From an uncultured Thermoplasmatales archaeon (GTDB lineage: Archaea; Thermoplasmatota; E2; DHVEG-1), in contig CAYLLH010000112.1 of NCBI GenBank assembly GCA_964384785.1, positions 1-63,029 of the forward strand: 63,029 bases of DNA, in the 5' to 3' direction. How positions within the stretch are numbered: position 1 is the stretch's first letter; each line of letters begins with the position of its first letter. The translations under genes were made by a program, and so were the position numbers. Under the pieces are notes generated by a model. The model saw nothing but the letters and a program-made list of their open reading frames with translations. It was not told the DNA's origin and did not search any database. Shown here one piece after another: positions 63,021 through 63,029 of the stretch.

Positions 63021-63029
63021 AGCGCATCC

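Overview
By eye this is a strongly AT-rich archaeal chromosomal segment; nothing was computed. Archaeal markers are a family-B DNA polymerase, an MCM-type AAA+ protein, an Ogg2-type glycosylase, an eIF-2B-family protein, a COG1325/DUF54 protein, TATA-box promoters and GGAGG/GGTGAT ribosome-binding sites. I recognised no rRNA, tRNA, CRISPR array, transposase or integrase.

Gene content in order:
- A multi-PAS/DUF835 sensor.
- A thiol-redox operon (nitroreductase, glutaredoxin-like, FTR-like/rubredoxin fusion), convergent with a hemerythrin-like / desulforedoxin-like / Cys-rich mini-protein operon.
- An AEC permease, an HTH regulator and HtrA.
- An ars-like island: tandem arsR pair, ArsP-like permease, arsC, thioredoxin-like, AhpD-like and a frameshifted DGC gene.
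- Two glycosyltransferases convergent with a radical-SAM/SPASM enzyme.
- A regulator plus ABC-2 exporter, ogg, and a YHS-fused permease.
- A tightly overlapping cassette: Walker-less RecA-fold protein, 84-aa protein, exonuclease-dead variant PolB and PD-(D/E)xK protein, flanked by LAGLIDADG-like and Doc-like genes.
- An acyl-CoA synthetase.
- About 20 kb of surface/secreted genes (zincin-like protease, 1200-aa anchored protein, 1547-aa S8 subtilase, MOP flippase).
- Housekeeping genes and four small secreted paralogues.
- An islet with a RadA-N/HhH-fused MCM-like ATPase.
- dnaJ and two lipoprotein paralogues.

Most notable findings:
1. A ~31-nt promoter module with invariant 13-nt internal spacing occurs eight times, only in front of secreted-protein genes. 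One further orphan copy appears to drive a short hairpin-terminated RNA. A double-wHTH regulator sits at the head of the cluster.
2. The degenerate RecA/PolB/nuclease cassette.
3. The MCM-like fusion.

Four apparent frameshifts all sit at homopolymers, so they may be consensus errors rather than biology. All functional calls rest on motif recognition by eye and need profile or structure searches.
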